From: Paecilomyces variotii | Taxonomy: Eukaryota | Length of the DNA: 64,000 nucleotides | Reading direction: 5' to 3' (one strand) | Assembly (NCBI GenBank): GCA_004022145.1 | Contig: RCNU01000002.1 | In this document: positions 12,982 through 25,424 of the stretch, in pieces | How the letters are laid out: each line of letters opens with the position of its first letter | Position numbering within the stretch: position 1 is the stretch's first letter | Made by a program: the position numbers and the translations under genes | Notes under the pieces: generated by a model | Seen by the model: the letters and a program-made list of their open reading frames with translations, nothing else | Databases searched by the model: none | What the model was told of the DNA's origin: nothing

Positions 12982-14421
12982 ATGGCGCCCAGCATTATCA
13001 ATGATGTCCCAGGGACTTCGGTTGCGCTGAAGAAATCAACATCGACTGGCACGAATAATGAAATTACGGCGGAGGACGGACCGACCTTCAAATATACATC
13101 TACACAGAAGTTGAAAAATGCGCAACGGCAAATTGCCAATGATTTCCGGTCTGATGTGGTTACGGTTCCGACGGAGAGTATGATGCAGGTATGTATAGCA
13201 CCACGAGTCTACGAATCTGGAGCTAATTGAAAAAAATTATAATAGGCCATAATCGATGCCTCCGTACAGGATGATATCTATAATGAAGAGGGAGATCCGT
13301 CCGTCAACGCTCTACAGGACCGTCTTGTTGAATTAACCGGCAAGGAAGCTGGTCTATGGACATTGTCAGGAACGATGGGAAACCAGATCTGTCTACGGAC
13401 ACATCTCACGCAACCACCACACTCAGTACTCCTCGACTATCGAGCGCACGTCCATAATTGGGAATCCGGTGCTCTTCCCGTTATGTCCCAAGCGTCTGCG
13501 ACGCAGGTATACCCTGCTAATGGGGTACATCTGACCCTGGACGATGTTAAGAAACATATCATTGCGGATGGGAATAGTACGTATAATATAACCTTTCATC
13601 TAAACAGGAGCGTCGGGAGAAATGGATAAAAAAACAGAATCTGACTTCGCCTCAACAGTCCATTTCCCTCCTACTCGCGTCGTCTCCCTTGAAAATACAC
13701 TCAGCGGAACGATCCTCCCCCTGAAGGACGCAAAAGAGATTTCCGATTTCGTTCGCAATTTCCCCGTCCCGGAAGGCCAGAAGCCAATCGCAATGCACTT
13801 GGATGGAGCACGTCTCTTCGACGCCGTGACCGCAGAAGGAGTCAGTTTGAAAGAATACTGCGCCTGCTTTGACAGCATTAGCATTTGTCTCGCAAAAGGC
13901 CTTGGAGCACCTATGGGTAGCATCATCCTGGGCTCTAAACGGTTCATTGAACGTGCCAAATGGTTCCGAAAGATGTTCGGTGGTGGAACGCGGCAGGTAA
14001 GTAAAACATATTTTGTCCATAGACAAGACAGGTCTCAAATGCTGACAATTATCAGCCGGGAATGATGGCCGCCGCCGCTCACGCTGCTCTCGAACATACC
14101 ATTCCTCTCCTTCCCGGCGTTCATGCCCTTACCAAGAAGACCGCCGCTTCCATTGCTGACCTGGGCTACACCATCAGTCTCCCCGTGCAGACGAACATGA
14201 TCGTTTTGGATCTCGCAGCGGACGGTATTCCCGCGGCCGCATTCCTCAACTATGGCAAGAAGCACGGTGTTACTGTCTTCCCCAGTGGACGGTTAGTGTT
14301 CCATCATCAGATCACGGAGGATGCGGCATCCCGCTTGGTGGATGCACTGAAAGAGCTCATGGAGGATAAGAAGGCCGGGAAGGAGCTGGAGAGCTACAAG
14401 GTTAGCGGAGGATATGTATGA
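12982..14421 (+). CDS. PLP-dependent low-specificity L-threonine aldolase family protein (Gly1/fungal alanine racemase-like)
   Basis: Exons 12982-13188, 13246-13576, 13659-13996, 14056-14421. Motifs DFRSDVVTVPT, SGTMGNQI, SLENT, HLDGARL, and the PLP lysine in SICLAKGLGAPMGS; RKMFGGGTRQ. Confidence 0.9.
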
Positions 14422-14945
14422 TTTGATATTTAGTTAGGGTTGGTTTCCTTTATTTTCATTATACCTCAGGTTTGATTATATAATGTCTGAGTCGGGTTAT
14501 TTTGTCTCGATCATGGGATCACGAGCTTGAATGTAATGAGCTTTCAGCAATAGAAGTGAGTGTAACGAAGGATACGACAAAGACTGAGATGGGTGTAGTT
14601 TCAACATGGTCGTCGGTGCCACTTCATAAGTAAGGGAATGCAGATAAAATGATATTAGAAAGGAGTTTAAATTTCTTTTATACACGAGACTAGAAGTAAT
14701 CAGGCAAGCAACCATAGTTTACAGCGACCATCCGAATGCTAAATGGTATGATCTAGGACCTTACCCCAAGAACAGCCAGAAATGCAATTGCAACGACCAG
14801 AAAAGGCAACCGGGCCTCAAGGCTACCAGTCAGATAGACCGTTAAACCGAGGCTGCCAGACGAGCGAACAGAGACAAGAGGAGAAATGATAACAAGTCGT
14901 GAATCGGCCTTCTAGAGGCCGCGTGTGAAGAGTCTTTATTTTTTT

Positions 14946-16683
14946 TCATTTGGACTCACCGGCTCCAAAAATGCTGGTGAAGCCGCTCTTCATGCTCTTC
15001 ATCTGCTCTTGACGGGCCTTCTCTTCTTCAGCAGCCATCTCAGCAAGCCACTTCTCACCATTTTCACGGATCTCCTTCTCAATCATCTCGTAGTTCTTCT
15101 GGCCACGCTCGCGGATCTGGTCCCAGAGCATCTTGCCCTGTGCAAGACTGTCAGACGTGCTCTGCTCTCCATCCAATGGGCTGCTAGGCTTCAGCCCGAG
15201 GAGCGAGACAAAGCTGCCAACACCGCGTTTTGGTCGCTTAGACTGTTCCTGTTCGAGCTGCTTCTGAAACTTCTCACGCATAGCCTTCTCACGCTTGGCA
15301 AACTCGATCGGAATGTCGGTGCCCTCGAAGGACTTCAAGACAGGACGCACATCTTCAATTCCCATTCCTGCAATGTACTCGAGGAGAGGAATCAAGGCAA
15401 CCAGTGTCTTATCCTTGGAGTCACCCTTCCACTTCGGGAGAATGATGGCGTTCTCGGGTTGTAACCGTGCGTGGGATTCATCGGTATCAATCAGGATAAC
15501 CTTCGACAGGTCTCGGTTCAAGTAGGCCAGATCCTAAGACCAGTTAACGCGACGTTCAAGTGAACTTCGGGGATTTACATACCTTGATGTATTCTCCATC
15601 CTTGTACTTGGTGGCTTCTCTGAAAAGGGGCCATCGAATGATACGGTAAGGGTCAAGTTTCCTAAGCACCTGGTCTGCCATCATGCTGGGAACAGTGGTG
15701 AAGAGCACGAGTTCGTAGTATTGGTTCAGATAACGGAGGAAGTAGTCCACCCCAGGGCGTTTGGCAACTCGCCAGCCATGCTCACGAGTCCACTCACTGT
15801 GAACCAAAAGATCCTCCAAACTCAGCACCAAGGTGTAAGGTTGACGAAGGTTAGGGTCCTCATCAGGAAGCAGCTTCTGGAAGGGAGGGTCCTTGTAGTA
15901 GCTCGTAATGTCGTTCATACGAGCCTTGACTCGGTTATACCAGAGTCCAAGACCCCATCCCGAAGGTGCGTCGGGGTGAGCCTTCTCCAGTTCCTCAGTC
16001 TCCCAGTTACGGCCGAGATACATGGTTCCCACGACGGCTCCCACGCCCATCAGACCATATACCAGCTTGGCCATCTGGGCTCTTCGGCGGTCCAGAGAAG
16101 ACTCGTACCGGTCTTTGCCATCACCACCGCGACCACCATCCTCACCTTCTTCCGCTTCGTATGGCTCTTCTGTCAGATTCAGGGCACGGGGTCCTTGGCC
16201 CTTTGCCCGGTTGGCAGCATCCAGCTCTGCCGCCAATGTAGAAGGGATACCTTGCGTAAGGTCGGGAAGAGGTCGTTGGGGTTCGTCCTTGGGACGCGCC
16301 GTTGTTTCAAATTCGGACTGTTCCGGGGTAAAGTCCGGCTGAGCTCCTTGCTGTCCGGTTGATGCTTCACTCACTCCAGCTCCTGCTCCTGCCGACTGTG
16401 GTGGTGTGTTCTTCTGTGATCCTGCATTGGACGCAAACTCAGCCTGGTCCGGGGGAAAGTCTGGGCGATGTTGTTCGTCTGCAGATTGCGACGGAGAGGT
16501 TGGATTCGATGTAGCTTTACCTGATTGAGTAGCATTCGATTTCTTGACAGAATCAGGAAGCTTGTACGACCCCTTCGGCTTGTTGTTCTTCGCGTACCAT
16601 CGGGGCTGCTGGGCCGGGACAGCAAGCCGGGCGGCTGCTGGGAGGACTCGAGGCCTCGAAAGAAGAACGGCACGACTGAGCAT
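14946..16683 (-). CDS. TIM50: Mitochondrial import inner membrane translocase subunit Tim50
   Basis: Exons 16683-15583 and 15533-14946. Arg-rich presequence MLSRAVLLSRPR, one TM segment, FCP1-like domain (YTLVLSLEDLLVHSEWTREHGWRVAKRPGVDYFL; KDLAYLNRDLSKVILIDT). Confidence 0.95.
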
Positions 16684-17291
16684 GGTCTGTGGTGATATAT
16701 TCAATGGGAGATCGAACGGGCCCCAGTGGTCATGCTCAGCCTAGAAGGCACGTTGATGAGCAGGATTCCGAATGGGACAGACGACAAATAACGTCTGGAC
16801 TCTGTCGTCTCTTTCCGCTGCATCATCAACATCGAAAAAGTTGGAGCTGCCGTGGCGGCTGCGGCGGGCAGTAAAGCCCACTTGCGCAGTCCGCATAAGA
16901 ACTCCCGTCTCACTCGTTTTTCTCTTCCTTTCTCTTCTTTCTTTTCTTCTCCAGTTATATGAAAGTTGAACAACCCAGACGTTAAATTTGACCCAACAAT
17001 TCTTTCTCCATGGATGCCGGGTTGTATTAGCTGGGGAGACTGATGAATCTCTTCTGTCCCACCCCCAAGAGCGGCAGCTAGGATTCCATTGAGCTGTCAG
17101 CCCCGTTCGTGCGGATACAAATTTTTGCTGATAAATCCGTATTTCTCAGTTGCCGCGCGCAGAAACTGACATTCGCTTGTTGAATCGTCACTGCCGCAGT
17201 TAAATACTATCATGCAGTAAAAGAGAAAGAGAACTGCTCTCTATATTGTCTATCCTCTGGCGTACATATCATATAGCAGCACGTCATTGCC

Positions 17292-18164
17292 ATGGCCGCC
17301 ACTCTCGAGGAAGCGATGGAGAGGGTGAGTCTCCAAGGTTCAAATGGACGAGCCAGGAGAAAGAAGGGCGAGCCGTCCCCTCCGTTTCGTTTCTTTGACC
17401 TGCCCTCGGAAATCCGCTTGAGAATCTATCATCTGGTCCTCTTTACGCCCCGGAACAGGACCGTTTCAAGGCGGTCCACCCGCTGGTTCCCAACGCGATC
17501 AAACGGCAATGTGGGATCTTCTGCGAGGGGCAAGGCCGTCGCGCCAGCTTCTCAGCGCATTTCTCTTTTCCTTACTTCGCGCCGCATGCACGACGAAGCG
17601 GCTCATTATTTCTATTCAGTGCAGACCTTTCGTATATTTCCCGTCCAGGATTACAACCGGATGCCGACAATAAGGGCTCTGTCACCACGGTACCGCGCCA
17701 TGATCAGTACAGTAGAATTGATACTCGGCTCCAGCTGGACTGCGCCACCGAAATCATGGGCCGTAAACAAAGGCTTGGGTTTGCAGGACATGGTCACTAT
17801 GCGGATGCTCAAGGTGTTCATACAATGTGATCCTTCGCATCCCGCCTTTGAAGGCTTCCGGATCTCGCGCGATTACTACACGAACTTCGCAGGGAACTTG
17901 CTACGGCAGATCCTTCAGAGCTTGCCAAGCGTCTCCGAGGTCGAATTCGATGGTTGGCCGTCTGTGGACAAGCATGGACCGTTGATGAACAGACTGTTGC
18001 TGGAGGTGAGGTTAGAACGGAAGAAAATCCATTGGGGTCCCGAGAGGGGCTGGTCAGACTTCGATGACGGTTATGAAGATGAAGAGGAGGAAGCTTCCGC
18101 CAGTGATCTAGACCCAGATCACTTGATGCGTGGTATGCACAGCGGTCGTTTGGTGGAGACGTGA
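17292..18164 (+). CDS. Fungal hypothetical protein with N-terminal F-box-like motif
   Basis: Intronless 290-aa ORF with ATG in good context (gccATGG), motif FRFFDLPSEIRLRIY and an acidic tail. Confidence 0.75.
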   Translation: MAATLEEAMERVSLQGSNGRARRKKGEPSPPFRFFDLPSEIRLRIYHLVLFTPRNRTVSRRSTRWFPTRSNGNVGSSARGKAVAPASQRISLFLTSRRMHDEAAHYFYSVQTFRIFPVQDYNRMPTIRALSPRYRAMISTVELILGSSWTAPPKSWAVNKGLGLQDMVTMRMLKVFIQCDPSHPAFEGFRISRDYYTNFAGNLLRQILQSLPSVSEVEFDGWPSVDKHGPLMNRLLLEVRLERKKIHWGPERGWSDFDDGYEDEEEEASASDLDPDHLMRGMHSGRLVET

Positions 18165-18664
18165 TGATAGTCGTCTACGTGCTGCACGTTACGAATCATG
18201 ACAAAGAGTTCGTCTTAAAGCATATTTATTGGTGTTTATGCATCGGATATATTACAAACAATACAGGTGGGTTTGTACAGTAGTTATCTTAGCGAAGTGG
18301 TGTATAGTTAGAGCCTTAGTTTTATATAGCACATTTGGCTACTTTTGTGTATCAGCTCGTTTTACGACGTAGAACTACTGAGGGAACCATCACTAGGAAC
18401 CACATTTGCAACAAGATCAGAAACTACAACCTATGGATGCACTTCATAGGTAGCTGGGTTGGATTTTACGAGTCGGATAGCCAATGCGTCCTCTAGTGAC
18501 TGGTACACCTCTCGACTGTACTCTATAATTGGGAGTGTGAATAATGATAGATTTTACCGCGATGGATTTCGTCTAGATTCCATACGTTTACAAAGAACCC
18601 AAAACTCGAGTATTTGATGCCACGGTCGACAAAACAGAGATTCATTGTATCATGCATGACTCAT

Positions 18665-19963
18665 CTATACCTCCTCATCAACATCCATCAGGTTGCCGTC
18701 CTGGGCGCCTTTACTGCTGGTCTCCTTCGCTACGGATGCTTCCTTATCGATCATCTGCCGCGAAACAGCAACAATGTTGTCTTCGATGAGGGCTTGGCTG
18801 ACGTCTTGGATGTCTGTTTGCCGTTTGTTAGCAACCCGTAAGAGCCACCGGAGGAAAAGAGAGATAACATACGCTTCTTGGGGTCGACCTTTCCGACATA
18901 TCTGGTTTTCAGCTGCTCCTTGCTCAGCTCCGTCTCTTCCTTGACCCGCTTCTCGTAGCCCTCTGCGAGCCCGACGAGCTTCTGCAGTCGGTCAACATTA
19001 TGTTTGCCTTCTTCGCGGAAGTCGTTCATCTGCAGCGCCTCCGTCCACACATGCTTATGCAGATTCATCAACATGTTCTCCTCCAACCCAGTCTTGCGGT
19101 AGTTGATGGCGATGCTGTAGTAGTGACGGTTTAGACCATGGATAAGTGCTTGGATGGACGGCTTGTTCAGATGTCCCAGGTTAGAGGTCGTCTGTCGTGG
19201 CTCCTGGCCCATGACGACCGTCTGAGGCGCAATCAAGCGGAAGGCATCAATGACGACCTTTCCCTTCACTGACTGAATGGGGTCGACAACAACAGCAACC
19301 GCACGCGGAGTGAGTTGCTCGAAAGATTGTTGAGTGTTGATATCGACAGAGGACAGCCAGCAACCGAAACCAGGATGCGAGTGATACCAGCCTACAACGG
19401 TCTCCGGTCTAGCCAACACAGGACAGTTAGTATGATTCATGAAGCCATATCCTTTAGGGATTTCTCAAACGTACCGTCCTGTTTGTCGCAGCATCTCCAT
19501 CATCTTGGTCTGGAAAACAGGGTCGACAGCCTCGACACTAACACCCGTACCACTCTGAGGCATGGCAAAAACATCCACCACCCGCACTGTGTACTCATCG
19601 ATGAATTCCCCCAGCATCAGACCCATGACTTCCATAGGTACACCTGCGCGGCCGTGTCTGAGCATCTTCAGCAAGGCCAGCGACGAAATGTGTACGGTCT
19701 CCGCATTATCGATCAAGTTCGGGGTGTCCTGAACAAGCACTTGTTAGTTCCGTTTTCCTAGACACTTTGCACACTACAGCCAGTATCTTTAGGGATTCTT
19801 GGCGCTGGAGCAAGTTGGTCGCCTGCCATAAGGATCACGACCAGGTGATCGAGGCAAACAACATAGGCTGAAAGGTGACGCAACACCAACTTACCGCACC
19901 AGGGGCGGCCGCACCCATACCCATGCCATGAGCAGCCTGGAGCATCCGGTTGAAGCGCTCCAT
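18665..19963 (-). CDS. RPN11: 26S proteasome lid deubiquitinase Rpn11 (JAMM/MPN+)
   Basis: Exons 19963-19895, 19728-19475, 19408-18873, 18813-18665. [28 protein letters not shown] and JAMM motif [17 protein letters not shown]. Confidence 0.97.
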
Positions 19964-20646
19964 GATGGAATGTGAGATCGGATATCACAGGTGTAGCGAC
20001 AACAACTGAGAGTAGGTCGAGGATAGCTTCCTTCAAGGGAAGCTTCCAGAGATGATAGGTAAGCAGGTAGACCTTCGCGAGCGAAGAAGGCGGGATGTGA
20101 GGGTATCTGAATCAAAAGCGAATGAACCCGGCTTCTGATGTGTCTTCACCAAGGAGGATGAATCAGAAGGTGGAGGGGGAGTGGTCGCAGGTGGTTGAAG
20201 CTGTAAGCTGGGAGAGGCTGCTTCTGGCGTTGACGGAGGCGATCGCAGTGCCAAGCGCTAGAGCTCCGCGGGTCGCCCTGCCGTGGGCTCCTCCGGTTCC
20301 GCCTCCCCCAAAAGTCCTAGAAAGCTACGAAGACCATCTTTCTCCCCTCTGTCCTCCCACTCGCTCACCTTCAATCCCTTCCGTGAGATCCCAATCTCGC
20401 TCAACCGCAGGTGGTTCCATCCACTTTGGTTCTGGATAGGTGAATACGAAGGTTGCTGTGTCTCCCAGCCATCGCTTTTATGCGACGCCTCCCACTTGTC
20501 TAGACCTAGATAACTTCCGCTTCGCCGCCTCAGTCCACTCGTCTTCTCCAGGGTTCTACGTCGTTTCTTCTGCGCTGTCTACTTGATCTCGTCTATATAC
20601 ACCTTTTTTTTCTCCTATCGTGACCTCCCTCAAGGACGATTTCACG

Positions 20647-22819
20647 ATGACTTCCGCCGCCGCGGGCGTGGAGCCCATCAGCTTCAACAACCTGGGCGAC
20701 AGCAATAGACGAGTCGCCTACTTTTATGATTCGGATGTCGGCAACTATGCCTATGTCTCGGGCCATCCCATGAAGCCACACCGTATAAGGATGGCTCACA
20801 GTCTGGTCATGAACTACGGACTATATAAGAAAATGGAGATCTATGTGAGTGATTCTTTCCTGCCGCTCCCACACGTTTCGTCGCGGCTGCTAACTCGTGA
20901 CTTCCAGCGTGCGAAACCAGCGTCGAGATATGAGATGACCCAGTTCCATACGGACGAATATATCGACTTCCTCTCAAAGGTCACTCCCGACAATATGGAC
21001 TCGTTTGCGAAAGAGCAGGGCAAATACAATGTCGGTGATGACTGTCCCGTCTTTGATGGTTTGTTCGAATTTTGCGGTATCAGTGCCGGAGGTAGTATGG
21101 AGGGCGCTGCGCGTCTTAATCGCAATAAATGTGACATCGCTATCAACTGGGCTGGTGGTCTGCATCATGCCAAGAAGAGCGAGGCAAGCGGCTTCTGCTA
21201 TGTCAACGGTATGCTTTCAAACAGGTGCGCAGTGAGATGTACAGTTACTGACAACCACAGACATTGTCCTTGGAATCCTGGAACTTTTGCGATTCAGGCA
21301 GCGTGTCCTGTACGTTGACATTGATGTTCATCACGGTGACGGTGTCGAGGAGGCTTTCTACACTACGGACCGCGTGATGACGGTCTCGTTTCACAAATAT
21401 GGAGAATATTTCCCCGGTACCGGTGAACTGCGCGATATTGGAGTCGGCCAGGGAAAGAACTATGCTGTCAACTTCCCGTTGCGTGACGGCATCGATGATC
21501 TTTCTTACAAGAGCATCTTCGAACCTGTCATCAGGAGTGTTATGGAGTGGTACCGTCCTGAGGCCGTCGTTCTCCAGTGTGGTGGCGACAGTCTTTCTGG
21601 AGACCGCCTGGGATGCTTCAATCTGAGCATGCGCGGTCATGCAAACTGTATCAACTTTATTAAGAGTTTCAACCTGCCGACTCTCGTCGTGGGTGGAGGT
21701 GGCTATACCATGAGGAATGTTGCTCGAACCTGGGCCTTCGAGACCGGAATTCTCTGTGGTGAACAGCTAGGATCCGAGCTCCCGTACAACGATTACTATG
21801 AGGTATGGAGTTCCAGTTCGCATATATTGAACTATCCACTAAAAAGATCATAGTACTTCTCCCCGGATTACCAACTCGACGTCCGACCTTCAAATATGGA
21901 CAACGCGAACACCAAAGAATACCTGGACAAAATTCGAGCGCAAGTCGTAGAGAATCTCAAACGCACTGCGTTTGCGCCATCTGTTCAGATGACGGACGTG
22001 CCTCGTGACCCCCTGCTCGGAGGCATAGATGATGAGGCCGATGCCATCCTTGACGACCTGGACGAAGACGAGAACAAGGATAAGCGATTCACGAAGAGAC
22101 GCTTTGACCAGTACATCGAGAAAGCGGGCGAACTCAGCGACAGTGAGGATGAAGCAGAGAATGGAACGAACGGGATTCGTCGCCAGCCAGGTGTCCCCAA
22201 GCGACGGAACAGACAGAGCTACCGCAACCTCGATGTCGCAGATTCTGGGCCTGACAGTGGCCTTGCGACTCCAAGGGACGTTTCATCGATGCCCGAGGAT
22301 GAGATGGATTTGACGGCCGACACGAAGATGGGCGAGGCAGCAGAAGCCGGCGCTGAAGAGCAGCCTTCACCTATCCCCGCTGAACCGGCATCGCGAGCGG
22401 AGGAAACGCCTGCCGCAGAATTGAATGGCACGACTGGTGAAGGAGAAGCTCCTGCTGCTTCCGTACCTACTACGCGCCCAGCTTCACCTGTCGCCCAGGA
22501 TGAAGACACGACTATGGAAGATGCGGGTGCTCCGGCCCCAGAATCAGAGCAGACCGAAGCGCCCATTAACGGACCGCAGGAAAAGACCCCCCCAGAGTCT
22601 CCGGCCGCAGCTGCTCCTGAAGCTTCAGAGCAGCCTACGTCTCCGGCAAAGTCCGGTTCTCCAGCCCCTAGCGCCCCTCAGCCCGCAGAAGCAGCAGAAG
22701 CAACGGGAAGTGCTGCTGAGGCACCCAAGGAAGAAGAGGCACCTGTGAAGGCAGAGGAGCCCGCTCAGCCGGAGGAGAGCTCTGAAAAGCCGGAGGAATC
22801 GACAAAAACCGAAGAATAG
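20647..22819 (+). CDS. RPD3: Class I histone deacetylase Rpd3/RpdA
   Basis: Exons 20647-20844, 20908-21208, 21261-21802, 21854-22819. [49 protein letters not shown]; long acidic C-tail typical of filamentous-fungal RpdA. Confidence 0.97.
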
Positions 22820-23366
22820 ACTTCTGCTGATGATGGGGTGAACTCTTCTTTCCTGGCTCCGGCGCAACGGACAGTGGCAGGTATGGTGTTGGTCTAGGTT
22901 GTTCTTGTATTATTTCCTTGCATACAGCGTTTCTTTTTTCTTTTTTCTTTTCTCTTTTCTTTTCTTTCTTTCTTTTTCTGTTTCTTTTGTTGCTGTCTCA
23001 TCCCCGCCTATATGTGCCCAGATATTCAGGAGGTTACGTCTTAACTGTACCTTTTCCTTAGATCTTGTATTTGTATTTCCATATCTATGTGCTGCTTAAT
23101 AGCATTGAGCGCTCTAGAGGGCGCTGACTACTCTGGAGTGCTTAGATGCTTGCTGAATAGAGCACGTTATGCTCCTCGATAATGGCGCCATCTAGAGAAA
23201 AGCGGCATTTGCAGTCTAATATTTCGCATCGTAAGGATCAAGAGAACACTAGCAGTAACCTTAATAACTGGCAGCGACTTAGAGTAGACAGATAATAATA
23301 ATACTCTGTATAGATAACTAACTACTGCTTGTACTCTCTCGCGCGGCGATATGGACCTATCCGAGA

Positions 23367-23400
23367 AAGGGCTAGTCTTAGGGCTTCACACGTGACCCTA
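23367..23400. promoter_or_regulatory. Ribosomal-protein promoter module: Tbf1/Homol-E-like AGGGCT/ACCCTA sites plus Cbf1-type E-box
   Basis: AAGGGCTA 23367-23374, TTAGGGCT 23378-23385, CACGTGA 23389-23395 and ACCCTA 23395-23400, about 190 bp upstream of the RPL23 ATG. Confidence 0.55.
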
Positions 23401-23585
23401 CTCCGCGGGAGCCAGTAAGAGCGGCTGCCAAGATTTTGCACACTACCCACACTAAGCGAGATCGAGCAGGCTGGAAATTCAACCGGAGCGAAGAGTCCAA
23501 CCTCGACGTCGCCAGTTCCCTCACGACCTTCCACCCTTCTTTCCCTTGCCAGTATCCGAACCCGTTTGCGTGATACCTAGCCAAA

Positions 23586-24707
23586 ATGTCTACCAAGAGA
23601 GGGTGAGTGCTCAATGACTCTGATTTTCCGGGGGATTTCCATGTTCGAGCGACGCACACTACGCGATCTATGGGCTTGTGGTTCTTGCTCGTGCGGCAGC
23701 AATTCGAGACAGGAAGAGAGAGAGAGATGGGCCCAAATATTGGATGGGGAAAAAAAGAAAAATGGCTGGTTTTTGTGCGATGAAAGAAGAATGATGTACT
23801 GACATGAATTTCTGCTTATAGTCGTGGTGTTGCCGGCAACAAGCTGAAGATGACTCTCGGTCTGCCTGTGTATGTGCCTCCATTCATATATTCCACTTAA
23901 GCCCCGCACAAATTTCTCTCGATGTCGACAACACTATCGCCTGTGATTCCTCGATTTCATTCCTGTGAAATTCCATCCGCCGAAAATACAAACACAGCTC
24001 ACGCATCGGCGATCAAAAGCAAAAGAAAAATTGAAGGAATGGTTTCAACTGACTTTATTCGTCTTATAGCGGCGCCGTGATGAACTGCTGCGACAACTCC
24101 GGTGCCCGTAACCTGTACATCATCTCCGTCAAGGGTGTCGGTGCTCGCCTGAACCGTCTGCCCGCTGCCGGTGTTGGTGACATGGTCATGGCCACTGTCA
24201 AGAAGGGAAAGCCCGAGCTGCGAAAGAAGGTCATGCCCGCCGTTGTCGTCCGTCAGAGCAAGCCCTGGAGACGAGCCGACGGTATCTACCTCTACTTCGA
24301 GGACAACGCTGGTGTGGTGAGTGGATGGATTCCTTATCTGGTCATCGTGGTATCTCGTGGTGCTGGATGAATTTTGGATATTCATGGCTGGATGTGATCG
24401 GAACTCGTTTGATTTGGGTCAATACTTGACGAGGATGGATACCCTCTTCCTTTGGGATTCTTCCAGCACCACGGGGGCCGTGAAAGACTGGCACATACAT
24501 GCAGCTGAACAAGTACTAACCACGTTTCCAACACAGATCGTCAACGCCAAGGGTGAGATGAAGGGTTCGGCCATCACTGGCCCCGTCGGAAAGGAGGCCG
24601 CTGAGCTCTGGCCGGTAAGCATCTCACACAGCATTCCACCATCCAGGACAAAATCAATTAACTCTGTCTCTTAGCGTATTGCCTCCAACTCCGGTGTTGT
24701 CATGTAA
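23586..24707 (+). CDS. RPL23: 60S ribosomal protein L23 (uL14)
   Basis: Exons 23586-23602, 23822-23869, 24070-24316, 24537-24614, 24675-24707 give [38 protein letters not shown]...[44 protein letters not shown]. Confidence 0.97.
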
Positions 24708-25424
24708 AAAGGGAAATCTGAATAGGAAAGAAGAAATGACGCGATACCAGGTCGGAATGGGGGAGTTGTCCACATGAATCTTCTTTTAGCCGAATTCATT
24801 TTCCTATTACCAGTTATTCCTCCTTTTCCCGCTCTCCCTCTTCTCCTATCCTGGCAGAAAAAAAGCAGTGTCAAAAAATTTCAATACATCCACCAAAAGA
24901 AAAGGATCCATACATGTGCCTACGCTAGTTACGGAGCCAATGCCAACTCGCAGACACCGAAGATCGAGGTTATTACCCGACTTTGGACCAGTCGAACAAG
25001 GGGGGATTTGAGTGGAAGGGGACTCGAGTTAGCCCTTTTCTTCGTTGTCAAGGGAAGAAAGGACAGTCATCAATGAAAGAAAACCCTCCGTAAAAAGATG
25101 CGTTTCAGTCTTAATATCTGTCTAACATGCGTAGTTTCGTGATAAGAGTTAACTACTCGATACCAGCTGTAAATGGAAATCTGATTTCATATAGTAATCT
25201 ATCGTACAGATGGCGCTGGGATATAGTATAATAACACATGCCAGGAAACTATACCCGACCAGTAATTCTTTCGATACTTATGTATATACATGCAATGTAA
25301 ACGTACGCTCCCCATTTTTGTTTGCCTCGAACCCTTTTGTCTCGACCCTGATACTAGGAATAAAATATACACGAAACTCGCTGCTTTTCTTTTCCTTTTC
25401 TTTTATCGATGCAAATGCGATGCA

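Noticed and set aside
23603-24536. Intronic C/D snoRNAs in the ~200-nt RPL23 introns
   Set aside because: No well-spaced RUGAUGA...CUGA pair; the CTGA seen in intron 1 is part of the branch point.
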